A program made the position numbers and the translations under genes. 56,662 nucleotides of DNA, from NCBI GenBank assembly GCA_049515295.1, contig JBEKUF010000003.1, positions 1 to 56,662 on the forward strand, in the 5' to 3' direction. The notes below the pieces were generated by a model. That model had not been told where the DNA came from. It saw only the letters and a list, made by a program, of their open reading frames with translations, and did not search any database. Positions 28,956 to 40,283 of the stretch are shown here, piece after piece (the stretch's first letter is position 1; the number at the start of each line of letters is the position of its first letter). The stretch is from Verrucomicrobiia bacterium (lineage in GTDB: Bacteria > Verrucomicrobiota > Verrucomicrobiia > Palsa-1439).

Positions 28956-30236
28956 ATGTTACCATTCATTTTCCCCATCGTTATCGCAAACCCAAAACGA
29001 AATCTCTTCCCCAGACTCCCCGGTGTGGACTGGCTGCTCGGCATCACACTGGCGGGATTGGTCTCGGCCGCGCCGCTCCCAGCCAACGCCCAGGTCGTGA
29101 CCCAGGGCCAACTCGTCGCCACGTTCAACTTTGGGGGCGGGGCAATGGTGTACGACTATACCCGCAATCGCGTCTATGCCACCGTGCCCGCCAGCAACAG
29201 CGTCGCGATCATTGATGCGCAGCAGCTCCAGTTGTTAAGCATGATCTTCATCGGTTCCAATCCCCAGGACCTGAGCATTTCGCAAGACGGCTCGCGACTC
29301 TACGTCGCCAACTCCGGCGCGAACGTCAACGGCATCGGCATCGTGGACCTTAACAATCTCGTCGCGCTACCGGGTTTTACGACCTCAAACACGGTGTGGT
29401 CTGTCTTTGCCGGGTTGAGCAACCAACTCTATGCATTGTCTGGGTCTGGCATTTACACTCTCAACAGCGCCAATGGAGCGGTCCAAGGCCAGTCTCTCGA
29501 TAGCTTTGACATTTATGGCGGCGCGATCCGCGGCACACCGGACCGCAAAACCCTGTTTTATGCGCAGTATGGTCTCGACCCATCGAGCCTCACACGCATC
29601 GATATCAGTGGAACGAACCCGGTGGTCCTGGAGACAATATCGCCCGGTGAGAACGGGGAGAGCCTTGACGTCAGCCCCCTCGGCCATTACGTGGTTTTTC
29701 CCAACGGCGCCCCCTACGATATCCCCTTGTTCTGCACGACAAACCTGAACCTTACCTACGGGACGTTCAATACTGGCGCGTACCCAAACCAAGCCACATT
29801 CGATCCAGCCGAACGCTATCTCTATGAGCAACACGGCGGCGGTTCCGTGGGAATCTGGAACGTATCCACCTTCGTCAAAATTGGATCGATCCCCACCGGT
29901 GGCTCACCCATGCTCGTGGACAGCACGGGAGAGTTGTTGTTCGTCGACAATGGTTCGACCATCGAAGTGCGCGGCACCGGGGCGCCGTCGCTTGGTCCCA
30001 CCACACCGCCCGTTCCACAGCTAAGCATTGCTCGATATTCCGACCCGTTCGCTTCCATGCTGCAACTCGGTTGGCAAACCCGAATCACTCAGACGTATCA
30101 GTTTCAAACATCGACGGATATGGTCAATTGGGCGAATGCGGGAAGCCCCATTATCGGCAATGGATCGTGGACAAACTTCTATGATTTTCTTCAAGGTCAG
30201 CAAAAATTCTACCGATTGCAGATTCAAAATCAGTAG
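28956..30236 (+). CDS. secreted beta-propeller (YVTN/YncE-like repeat) protein with C-terminal ...FYRL module
   Basis: RBS GAGGAG 6 nt upstream, then a signal peptide ending PLPANAQV. Repeats such as VYATVPASNSVAIIDA and LYVANSGANVNGIGIVDL. The C-terminus is LQLGWQT...YQFQTSTDMVNWANAG...FYRLQIQNQ. Confidence 0.7.
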   Translation: MLPFIFPIVIANPKRNLFPRLPGVDWLLGITLAGLVSAAPLPANAQVVTQGQLVATFNFGGGAMVYDYTRNRVYATVPASNSVAIIDAQQLQLLSMIFIGSNPQDLSISQDGSRLYVANSGANVNGIGIVDLNNLVALPGFTTSNTVWSVFAGLSNQLYALSGSGIYTLNSANGAVQGQSLDSFDIYGGAIRGTPDRKTLFYAQYGLDPSSLTRIDISGTNPVVLETISPGENGESLDVSPLGHYVVFPNGAPYDIPLFCTTNLNLTYGTFNTGAYPNQATFDPAERYLYEQHGGGSVGIWNVSTFVKIGSIPTGGSPMLVDSTGELLFVDNGSTIEVRGTGAPSLGPTTPPVPQLSIARYSDPFASMLQLGWQTRITQTYQFQTSTDMVNWANAGSPIIGNGSWTNFYDFLQGQQKFYRLQIQNQ

Positions 30237-30269
30237 CGCCGTAGACCTCATTGGTCCTGCGACCGCGTA

Positions 30270-30860
30270 GCGCCCCGGCCTGCCCGCCCAACTTCGGCGC
30301 GGCGAAGGCCCGAGCGGAAAATCTGGTGCGTGGTGTAGTGTCGCCCCGCCTCCGCACCGCCCGTGTGGTCGTCCGTAGAACGGTGCGTCTCGCCCGTTTA
30401 ACCCCCCGTCAAACGCCCCACACCCCCGCGTCTCCGTCCCCCATCGGCCCGCCGCCGCGCACCGCCCTGTTTACCCTGAGTCCGTCGAAGGGAGCAACGT
30501 CGAAGGGCTTGTCCTGTTTACCCTGAGTCCGTCGAAGGGAGCAACGTCGAAGGGCTTGTCCTGTTTACCCTGAGCTTTATCCGCCGCAGGAGGACCGTCG
30601 AAGGGAGCAACGTCGAAGCTTTACTCGCCACTGGCGGGCTTGCCCGCCTCCGGCGGGGATCTCTCCAGCCAACCCGTTTATCCTGAGCCCCCGAAGGGCT
30701 TGTCCTGTTTACCCTGAGATGTATCGAAGGGAGCGGCGTCGAAGGGTTTATCCTGAGCCCGCGAAGGGCTTGTCCTGAGCAATGGCGAAGGGCCGACAAA
30801 CTCAAGCGACTCAAGAATGAAACCTACAGTTTACGGAGTCGACCCTGATGACAGGTCTGA
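30270..30860. repeat. REP-like repeat field including the right copy (30595-30850) of the direct repeat flanking the beta-propeller gene
   Basis: Same units as 28.3-28.7 kb, plus about 70 nt of extra units (30701-30771). Confidence 0.85.
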
Positions 30861-30869
30861 TCCTGACTG

Positions 30870-31772
30870 CTAGCTCATCTCGAGAAATCCGACCTCCCGG
30901 AGAAAGGGCAGAGCCTCCAAGCCCTTTGGATCAAAGTTGTATGTGACCTTCGGTGATGACGGAAACCGGTTTTGGATTTGATTCCTTTCGGCGTTCGTCA
31001 GTCCATAGCTGGAACAATACACCTGACCGAATCCCCATTCTTTCATTTGTAGTCGTTCCAAATTCGTTCGGTGATAACCAAAGCCCAAAAAGCAAATCTT
31101 CTCCGCTTCTGCCAAATACTGCACCGACCTCCTGAACTGCAGGGAATCCTGAACGTCATCATGGATTATCTTAATACCGGTGGCTGCTCGTCTTATGATC
31201 TGAGTCGAAGTAGTTGTCGAATAGGGGCGGCCACCCGGATGAAAAAATGGTAGCGGGTCTAACATCCCATGCAGGTGGAAAATTGGTATTGTGTTTAGAA
31301 GGTCCACCGTTACTTCGTGCGAAATGCCGTACTTGTACTTAATTGCGGTATACAAGAATTGCTCAAGGGAACGGTCGTAATTGAATGTGATGATTGTAAG
31401 CCTGTTGTGATGAAAACGTTCCTTGGTAGCGTTCAACGCACGGAATAAATACTGATACCAGCCGCCTCGCAGTTTGTTTTCGTCCTCATGCGGGATTATG
31501 GCTTGGGCAATAGCGTCTTTGCCAACGGGCGCAAAATCCGGCCTGTGTTCCAAAAACTCGTCGACAGAACTTGCCTGGGACGCCGCCATTTCCGCAGCAA
31601 ACGCTTGAACTACCGTCTGACCATTGAGAGCCATCAGGTCTATCCCGAATTTGTTATTAAGCGGATCCATCAGCCAAGCACAAATCTCACTCACCATCTG
31701 TTGCCCAAGCGGATACCCGTACGGAGCACTTGCTCCTGCCCCCAAAATTAAAACTGTTGGTTCTTCAATCAT
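30870..31772 (-). CDS. stand-alone SIR2-like (SIR2_2 family) protein
   Basis: N-terminal Rossmann motif VLILGAGASAPYGYPLG, then TIITFNYDRSLEQFL and IFHLHGML (the NYD and hLHG boxes of SIR2_2). Two hand-counted 60-nt lines give 43-45% GC, against about 60% in groEL. Confidence 0.7.
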   Translation of the reverse strand: MIEEPTVLILGAGASAPYGYPLGQQMVSEICAWLMDPLNNKFGIDLMALNGQTVVQAFAAEMAASQASSVDEFLEHRPDFAPVGKDAIAQAIIPHEDENKLRGGWYQYLFRALNATKERFHHNRLTIITFNYDRSLEQFLYTAIKYKYGISHEVTVDLLNTIPIFHLHGMLDPLPFFHPGGRPYSTTTSTQIIRRAATGIKIIHDDVQDSLQFRRSVQYLAEAEKICFLGFGYHRTNLERLQMKEWGFGQVYCSSYGLTNAERNQIQNRFPSSPKVTYNFDPKGLEALPFLREVGFLEMS

Positions 31773-31925
31773 GCGCGTGTTCGCTCCGCCGATCCCAGAT
31801 CCGAGCCCTCAAAAGACTTTCCTGAACGTCCTCGATGCATTTTCACCTCCACGATCATGTTATCTCGAGAATTGCGGTCACCCCTGTGGTCCGTAGTTCT
31901 CACCGGCACACGCTTCCAAAGCAAA

Positions 31926-31953
31926 GAGGGGCGAGCCTCTCGGCCCGCCCCTC
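31926..31953 (-). terminator. groESL terminator hairpin
   Basis: The minus strand reads GAGGGGCG ggccgagaggct CGCCCCTC TTTGCTTT, about 30 nt after the groEL stop. Confidence 0.6.
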
Positions 31954-31983
31954 CGCGTCTAGTCTTTGTACTTCGGACTCAAC

Positions 31984-33627
<1,644 letters not shown>

Positions 33628-33650
33628 TCACTCCTTTTGTATGTTCGTAC

Positions 33651-33938
33651 TTATTCGATCACGCCGAGGATGTCGTCCTCGCGCATGATCAGGTAATCCT
33701 TGCCATCCATCTTGATCTCCGTGCCGCCGTACTTGCTGATCAGCACGCGATCACCCTTCTTGACTTCGAATGGAATCAACTTGCCGTGCTCATCCCGTTT
33801 GCCAGTGCCTACCGCGATGACCTTGCCTTCCTGCGGCTTCTCCTTGGCGGTATCCGGAATGATGATCCCGCCCTTCTTCACTTCCTGGTCTTCGACCGGT
33901 TGCACCAGCACCCGATCGCCCAACGGTTTTACGCTCAT
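33651..33938 (-). CDS. groS: co-chaperonin GroES
   Basis: [47 protein letters not shown] at 33938, RBS AGGAG upstream. Confidence 0.95.
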   Translation of the reverse strand: MSVKPLGDRVLVQPVEDQEVKKGGIIIPDTAKEKPQEGKVIAVGTGKRDEHGKLIPFEVKKGDRVLISKYGGTEIKMDGKDYLIMREDDILGVIE

Positions 33939-34077
33939 GTTTCTCCTGACTCCTTTGGTTTTTGTTTGTCGTTTAAATCCTGGTGGCACAGGCGCTTGCC
34001 CTGAGCCTGCCGAACGGGTCGCCGCCCGCGATCAAGTCCCCCGGCAAGCCCGAAGGCTTGCGCCACCACCCGCAAAC

Positions 34078-36045
34078 TCACGGCTTCTTCTTGTCGTCGT
34101 CCACCATCTCGAAGTCGGCGTCCACCACGTCGCCTTCCTTGCCGCCCGCCTTCTTCGCCTCCGCGCCGGCCTCCGGTTGCGGCCCGGCGCCCGGACCCGG
34201 CCCGGGCGCAGCGCCCGCGCCGGATTTCTCCCGCGCTTTCGCGTAGATGTCCGATGACACGCCGTGCCAGACCTCGGTCAATTGCTCCTCGGCGCTCTTC
34301 ATCGCGTCGAAGTCGTCCCGCTTGAGCCCGTCCTTGACCTTCTCGATGGCGCCTTCGAGCTTCTTCTTCTGGTCGTCGCTGATAATGTCCTTGTGCTCCT
34401 TCATCAGCTTCTCGGTCTCGTACACGCGCTGGTCGCAACGATTCTTCAACTCGACCTTCTCGCGCAGGTTCTTGTCCTCCTCGGCGTGCGCCTCGGCTTC
34501 CTTCTTCATCTTCTCGACTTCGTCCTTGTTCAACCCGCTGGAAGCCGTGATGGTGATCTTCTGCGACTTGCTCGTGCCGAGGTCCTTGGCGCTGACGTGC
34601 AGGATGCCATTGGCGTCGATATCAAACGTCACTTCGATCTGCGGCACGCCGCGCGGCGCCGGCGGAATCTCCGTCAGATGGAACCGGCCAATCGTCTTGT
34701 TGTCCCGCGCCATCGGGCGTTCGCCCTGCAGGACGTGGACTTCCACGCTGGTCTGGCTGTCGGCCGCCGTCGAGAAGATTTCGCTCTTGCGGGTCGGGAT
34801 CGTCGTATTGCGCGGGATCAACGTCGTGAACACGTTGCCGAGCGTTTCGATGCCCAGCGACAACGGCGTCACATCCAGCAACACAATGTCCTGTTTGACC
34901 TGGCCCGTCAGCACTCCCCCCTGGATGCCCGCGCCGACCGCGACGACCTCGTCGGGATTGACGCCCTGATGCGGCGCCTTGCCGATGAGCTTGCGGGCGA
35001 TCTCGATGACCTTCGGCATGCGGGTCATGCCGCCGACCAGCACCAGTTCGTCCACCTTGGACATGTCGAGCTTGCCGTCGCGCAGGCAGGCCTCGACGGG
35101 GCCGATCGTGCGGTCGACGAGTTCGTCGCAAAGTTGTTCCAGCTTGGCCCGCGTCAGTTTCTTGACGATATGTTTCGGCCCGCTGGCGTCCGCGGTGATA
35201 AACGGCAGGTTGATCTCGTACTCCATGGCGCTGGAGAGCGCGATCTTGGCCTTCTCGCTTTCCTCCTTGATGCGCTGGAGCGCGTCGGGCTGCTTCCGCA
35301 GATCGATGCCCGCGTCCGCCTTGAAATCGTCGGCGATCCAGTTCATGACCCGCTCGTCGAAATCGTCGCCGCCGAGGTGCGTGTCCCCGTTGGTGGCGAG
35401 GACTTCGAATACGCCGTCGCCGATGCTCAGTAACGAAATGTCGAACGTGCCGCCCCCGAGGTCGTAGACCGCGATGTGCTCGTCCTTCTTCTTGTCCAGG
35501 CCGTACGCCAGCGACGCCGCAGTCGGCTCGTTGATAATGCGCAGAACGTCGAGACCGGCGATCTTGCCGGCGTCCTTCGTCGCCTGACGTTGGGCGTCGT
35601 TGAAATACGCGGGTACCGTGATGACCGCCTGCACGATCTTCTCGCCCAGATAGGCTTCGGCGTCGGCTTTCATTTTGGCCAGAATCATCGCCGAGATTTC
35701 CGGCGGCGAGAACGTCTTCTGTTCATTGGCGACCGACACCTTGACATGGGCATCGCCGTTCGGACCGCGCACGACTTCGAAGGGGACGCGCTTGCGCTCC
35801 AGTTCGACTTCCTCGTACTTGCGGCCCATGAACCGCTTGATCGAGTAGACCGTGTTCCGTGAGTTCACCACGGCCTGGCGCTTTGCCGCCTGGCCGACCA
35901 GACGTTCACCCGATTTCGTAAAAGCAACGACGGACGGCGTGGTGCGCCCGCCTTCCGCGTTCGGAATGACGACGGGCTCCCCACCCTCCATGATCGCCAT
36001 ACACGAGTTCGTCGTCCCCAAATCGATTCCTAAAACTTTTGGCAT
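34078..36045 (-). CDS. dnaK: molecular chaperone DnaK (Hsp70)
   Basis: [42 protein letters not shown]..., [22 protein letters not shown]. Confidence 0.97.
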   Translation of the reverse strand: MPKVLGIDLGTTNSCMAIMEGGEPVVIPNAEGGRTTPSVVAFTKSGERLVGQAAKRQAVVNSRNTVYSIKRFMGRKYEEVELERKRVPFEVVRGPNGDAHVKVSVANEQKTFSPPEISAMILAKMKADAEAYLGEKIVQAVITVPAYFNDAQRQATKDAGKIAGLDVLRIINEPTAASLAYGLDKKKDEHIAVYDLGGGTFDISLLSIGDGVFEVLATNGDTHLGGDDFDERVMNWIADDFKADAGIDLRKQPDALQRIKEESEKAKIALSSAMEYEINLPFITADASGPKHIVKKLTRAKLEQLCDELVDRTIGPVEACLRDGKLDMSKVDELVLVGGMTRMPKVIEIARKLIGKAPHQGVNPDEVVAVGAGIQGGVLTGQVKQDIVLLDVTPLSLGIETLGNVFTTLIPRNTTIPTRKSEIFSTAADSQTSVEVHVLQGERPMARDNKTIGRFHLTEIPPAPRGVPQIEVTFDIDANGILHVSAKDLGTSKSQKITITASSGLNKDEVEKMKKEAEAHAEEDKNLREKVELKNRCDQRVYETEKLMKEHKDIISDDQKKKLEGAIEKVKDGLKRDDFDAMKSAEEQLTEVWHGVSSDIYAKAREKSGAGAAPGPGPGAGPQPEAGAEAKKAGGKEGDVVDADFEMVDDDKKKP

Positions 36046-36172
36046 TGTGCGTTTGCTCCTCTCTGAGCATGAAAACCCGTCAGTTGTTTAGCAATGCTGA
36101 TGCCACGGAAACCGTCAAGTACACACGTTGCTCGCAGCGAACAGCTTGCAAATATTTCCGACGGCGGGCAAT

Positions 36173-36222
36173 GTGTGCCATGTCACAGTGAGTGTGCCAC
36201 ACTGACGCAGACAAGTGTGCCA
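36173..36222. promoter_or_regulatory. three direct GTGTGCCA boxes in the dnaK / dehydrogenase divergent intergenic region
   Basis: GTGTGCCA at 36173, 36192 and 36215 (spacing 19 and 23 nt). TGTCACAG at 36181 and 36235. Function unknown. Confidence 0.35.
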
Positions 36223-36280
36223 CAAGCGCCATCATGTCACAGCTTGACCGGCCTCCCAAGGCCGGCGAATATCTCCCTTT

Positions 36281-37249
36281 ATGAAGTGGAATGTCTTCGT
36301 CACGCGCCGCATCTCCCCCGAGGGTCTCGAGGAGCTTCGCAAGGCGGACGTGAATATCGATTTGCACGACGAACAAGAAGCTCTGCCGCGCGACGAGATG
36401 CTCGCCCGGGTGCGCGACTGCGATGGCGTGATCATCACCGGCGGCGAGCGCGTCGACGCGGGATTCTTCGCTGCCGCGCCCCGGCTGAAGGTTGTTTCCT
36501 GTCACGCGGTTGGCTACGACAATGTCGATATTGCTGAGGCCACCCGCCGCCGTGTGATCGTAACCAACACACCCGACGTGCTCACCGACGCCACCGCTGA
36601 TCTCACGTGGACGCTGATTCTCGGCGTGGCCCGACGCGTCGTCGAGGGCGACCGCCTTGCACGCTCCGGTGAATGGCGCGGGCTGGCGCCCACGCTGTTG
36701 CTGGGCGTCGACGTGACGGGCAAAACCCTGGGTATCGTCGGCGCCGGACGCATCGGCGTGGCGGTGGCGAAACGGGCGACGGGTTTTTCGATGCGCATCC
36801 TCTATTTCGCGCGTGCCGCAAAACCAGACATGGACGCGCTGGGCGCCAGGCGGGCAACCGTTGACGAGATCCTGCGCGAGTCGGACTTTCTCAGTGTGCA
36901 CGTCCCGCTCACCGCCGAGACGCGGCACCTGTTTGGTGAAGCCGAGTTCCGCAAGATGAAGCCGACGGCCCGCTTCATCAACATGGCTCGGGGCCCGGTG
37001 CACGATGAGGCGGCCCTGGCGCGCGCGCTGCGCGAGGGCTGGATTGCCGGCGCCGGCCTCGACGTGTACGAGCACGAGCCGAGGATCGACCCCGAACTCG
37101 TGCGCCTGCCGAACGCGTTGTTGTTGCCGCACATTGGCAGCGCCACGGTCGAAACCCGCCGCCGCATGGCCATCCTGGCAGCCGAGAACTTATTGGCGGT
37201 TCTGGAACGACGTCCGTGCCCGAACGTTGTTAACCCCGCCGCGTTGTAG
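36281..37249 (+). CDS. D-isomer-specific 2-hydroxyacid dehydrogenase (glyoxylate/hydroxypyruvate reductase-like)
   Basis: NAD motif GIVGAGRIGVAVAKRA, plus catalytic region FINMARGPVHDE...GAGLDVYEHEP...LLLPHIGSAT. Confidence 0.85.
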   Translation: MKWNVFVTRRISPEGLEELRKADVNIDLHDEQEALPRDEMLARVRDCDGVIITGGERVDAGFFAAAPRLKVVSCHAVGYDNVDIAEATRRRVIVTNTPDVLTDATADLTWTLILGVARRVVEGDRLARSGEWRGLAPTLLLGVDVTGKTLGIVGAGRIGVAVAKRATGFSMRILYFARAAKPDMDALGARRATVDEILRESDFLSVHVPLTAETRHLFGEAEFRKMKPTARFINMARGPVHDEAALARALREGWIAGAGLDVYEHEPRIDPELVRLPNALLLPHIGSATVETRRRMAILAAENLLAVLERRPCPNVVNPAAL

Positions 37250-37261
37250 CTGCTGTTGTAG

Positions 37262-37348
37262 CTGCGCTTTCCACCCCGATTTCGAGATCGGGGCTATGAA
37301 CCGCAGGTCTTTGCTCCGAGACGGGGCGGCGCTTCGCAGAAGCGCCGC
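37262..37348. repeat. REP-like element with two hairpins between convergent genes (likely bidirectional terminator)
   Basis: CCCCGAT ttcgag ATCGGGG (37274-37293) and GCGGCGCTTC gca GAAGCGCCGC (37326-37348). Confidence 0.6.
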
Positions 37349-38472
37349 TACACAACCTTGAATCCCAGCGCCGCGAATTTTGCGCGCAATTCTTCGCTGG
37401 TGCCCCGCAAGACAAGCTCGGTGTTAAAGAATTCGCGGCGGACCGGGTATTCAGCGCGCAATTTGTCAAATGAACGGATTTCGTTTCGCAACGCGGCGTC
37501 GTCGGCCTTGATGTTGTAGATGCGATGAACCGCATCACGGAGAGCGTCCTCGTCATCGGTCGCCGGCTCAACCAGAACACGGAGTTGGGGAATCGGCGGC
37601 GGCGGAAGTTTCGGAGTCCATTCGGGCGGGACGTTGAAGAACTTACAGACCGCGCCGTAGATCATGCGGATCCCATTCACCTTGCCGTCGAAACTGTACC
37701 CGGCGATGTGGGGCGTGCCGATGTCTACCACGTCGAGCAACTCGGGCGAAATGTTCGGTTCGTTTTCCCACACGTCGAGCACGACACCGCCGAGGCGCTC
37801 GCCGTCGATGGCTTTGAGCAGGGCCCGGTTGTCCACCACGGCGCCACGGGCCGTATTGAACAGAATCGGTTTGCGATCCTCCAAAGCGTCGAGACGATCC
37901 TTGTCGAACAAATGGAACGTCGCGTCCTCGCCATCACGCGCCAGGGGCACATGCAGGGTAATGATGTCGGCCTCCGCGAGCACGCGTTCGAGCGGGACAA
38001 AGTGTGGCAGCTTTTCCGCGCGCTGACGCGGCGGGTCATTCTGCAGCACGCGCAGGCCGAGACCCTCCGCATAACGCACCAAGCGCGAACCGACATTGCC
38101 GACACCAATCACCCCGAGCGTCTTGTCCCGCAGATGGAATTTCCGGAACCTGGCCACCGATAGCATCGCCGCCACGACATATTCGGCCACGGAATTGGCG
38201 TTGCTGCCCTCCGCGCGGGCAAACCCAATCCCTTTTTGCGACAAGTACTCTCGATCGATGTGATCGAACCCAATCGTTGCGGTAGCGACAAATTTCACCC
38301 GGCTGCCATCCAATAGAGCGGCGTTGACCGGTGTAACGGACCGCACCAGCAAAATGTCCGCATCGCGCACTATATCGGCAGTAATCTCACGTCCGGGCAC
38401 GAGCCGCACGTCGCCGAGAGAGCCAAACGCCTCTGGCACAAACGGGATATTGGGATCGGCGACGATCTTCAT
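37348..38472 (-). CDS. pdxB: 4-phosphoerythronate dehydrogenase
   Basis: The protein from MKIVADPNIPFVPEAFGSLGDVRLVPGREI is collinear with E. coli PdxB, including GVIGVGNVGSRL, NTARGAVVDN, VLDVWENEP and the HIAGYSFDGK box, plus the C-terminal dimerisation domain. Confidence 0.9.
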   Translation of the reverse strand: MKIVADPNIPFVPEAFGSLGDVRLVPGREITADIVRDADILLVRSVTPVNAALLDGSRVKFVATATIGFDHIDREYLSQKGIGFARAEGSNANSVAEYVVAAMLSVARFRKFHLRDKTLGVIGVGNVGSRLVRYAEGLGLRVLQNDPPRQRAEKLPHFVPLERVLAEADIITLHVPLARDGEDATFHLFDKDRLDALEDRKPILFNTARGAVVDNRALLKAIDGERLGGVVLDVWENEPNISPELLDVVDIGTPHIAGYSFDGKVNGIRMIYGAVCKFFNVPPEWTPKLPPPPIPQLRVLVEPATDDEDALRDAVHRIYNIKADDAALRNEIRSFDKLRAEYPVRREFFNTELVLRGTSEELRAKFAALGFKVV

Positions 38473-38567
38473 GGGTTGCACGGGGAGACTGTAGCAATGA
38501 TTTTGGCGTTTGACGAGGGTGGACGAGGCGGGTATCCTCCCCAAGCTTCACCAAGGAATACAAAAAC

Positions 38568-40265
38568 ATGTTTATCAGTATGCAAGGGGTGGTCCGGAAA
38601 CACGGGCCGCTGATTCTGGGGGTCATCCTCGCAGTTAGTGTTGGACTGGGGCTTCTGTTCACTCCGTCCGGCTCGATCATGGGCCGGAGACAACAGCGCG
38701 GCGGTGCGTTGCCGACAATCGGGGGCAAGCCCGTTGATTTTGCCGAGTTTCAAAATGTGCGCAATAACGTGCTGGCGGGGGTCGCCATGTCGCGGGGCCG
38801 CCAACCCGTGCATACGGCGGCGTTTGAAGACGATCTGAACATTCAAGCCCTCCAGGATCTGGTTCTTCTGCATAAAGCCAGGGAGTTGGGGGTCCACGTA
38901 AGCGATGACGAAGTGGTTCGGCAGATTCGTGCGTTGCCCATCATGCTCGACGAGCAAACCAAGCAGTTCGACCCCAACAATTATCAGCGGTACCTGATTA
39001 TCCTCAACAATCTCAACATCAGCGAAGCCCAGTTCGAGGATGTCATTCGTCAGGAACTCATCCGGGCGCACCTGCGCGCCATGATCAGCTCCGCGGCGGA
39101 GGTCACGCCCGCGGAGTTGCAGCTCTCCTATAACATGCTCGAGGAGCAAACGAAAATTGACTATGTGGAACTCAACGCCGCCGACCACAAGGACACTTCC
39201 GCGGTCACCGACGAGGAAGCCAGGACCTACTACGGAGCGAACCAGGAGAAATTCCGCACGCCCGCCACGGTGAAAGTGCGTTACGTCTACTTCACGATTT
39301 CTGACGCCAGGAAATCCGTCACGATCGGAGACGACGACATCAGCGAATATTACGAGCGCAACAAGAGCAGGTACGCCGACGCCTCCGGCCAACCGAAGCC
39401 ATTGGCGGACGTGAAGGACGATCTCAAGAAAGACCTGCTCGACCTTCGCGCCGAGCGGCTCGCCGGCGACCGCGCCACCGCGTTCTCCGTAAAGCTCGTG
39501 CCCCAGCCCGGCGCCCCGACACCCGACTTCACGAAGATTGCCGCCGACGCGGGTCTCACCGCCAGGGAGACGGACTTTTTTGATTTGCGCGCCGCGGTCA
39601 ACGGCGTGGATGCCGGCCCGGAGTTCAACCAGGCGGCGTTCGCGCTCGGCCCGGAAATGCCCTTTAGCGATCCCGTGCGCGCCAAAGATGGTTACTATGT
39701 GCTGCAGTACGTCGCCAGTAAAGCCAGCGAGATCCCCTCGTTTGAGGAAGTCAAGGCGCAGGTCGTTGACCGCATCCGGCAACAGCGCACCTACGACGCG
39801 ACAGTGAAGCAGGGGCGCGAACTCGACGCCAAGGTCAAGGCGGCGGTCGCCGCCGGCAAGGGTTTCACCGACGCGTGCGCCTCTTACAAGCTTACGGTGA
39901 AAACCTCCGAACCGTTTACGTTCACCGGCGGAGCGACCAACTTCCCGTACGCCAGCAGCGTCAAAGAACTTGCGCTCGGGATGGCCACGAACGCGGTCAG
40001 CGATTTTCTCACGACACCCACGGGCGGAATTTTCTTCCACCTGAAACAGCGCGAGCCGCCGAAGCCGCTCGAGTTTGATTCGCAGGCCACGAAACTGTTG
40101 GAGGCGCAGCTGCTGCAGCAGAGTCGCCAGGCGCTGTTCGAGGATTGGGCCAACTCCGTGATGCGGGCGGAACAGGTCGACTACAAACGCCGGGTGCCCC
40201 CGACGCAACCACGCTCGCCGGCGGGAGAAACCGAGCCGACCGAACCACCGGCTCCCGCAAACTGA
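38568..40265 (+). CDS. PpiD/SurA-N-like periplasmic chaperone (membrane-anchored)
   Basis: N-terminal TM (GPLILGVILAVSVGLGLLF), SurA_N-like region, then a rotamase-like stretch starting FRTPATVKVRYVYF. Confidence 0.6.
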   Translation: MFISMQGVVRKHGPLILGVILAVSVGLGLLFTPSGSIMGRRQQRGGALPTIGGKPVDFAEFQNVRNNVLAGVAMSRGRQPVHTAAFEDDLNIQALQDLVLLHKARELGVHVSDDEVVRQIRALPIMLDEQTKQFDPNNYQRYLIILNNLNISEAQFEDVIRQELIRAHLRAMISSAAEVTPAELQLSYNMLEEQTKIDYVELNAADHKDTSAVTDEEARTYYGANQEKFRTPATVKVRYVYFTISDARKSVTIGDDDISEYYERNKSRYADASGQPKPLADVKDDLKKDLLDLRAERLAGDRATAFSVKLVPQPGAPTPDFTKIAADAGLTARETDFFDLRAAVNGVDAGPEFNQAAFALGPEMPFSDPVRAKDGYYVLQYVASKASEIPSFEEVKAQVVDRIRQQRTYDATVKQGRELDAKVKAAVAAGKGFTDACASYKLTVKTSEPFTFTGGATNFPYASSVKELALGMATNAVSDFLTTPTGGIFFHLKQREPPKPLEFDSQATKLLEAQLLQQSRQALFEDWANSVMRAEQVDYKRRVPPTQPRSPAGETEPTEPPAPAN

Positions 40266-40283
40266 CCGTCGCGCGTCGGGTCG

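Noticed and set aside
33960-34077. TGGCAC-N6-TTGC sigma-54-like sequence (ggtggcacaggcgcttgcc) between dnaK and groES
   Set aside because: It lies on the plus strand, whereas both flanking genes are on the minus strand, and the spacing is one nucleotide too long. It is better explained as one arm of a long imperfect palindrome (GGTGGC...GCCACC).
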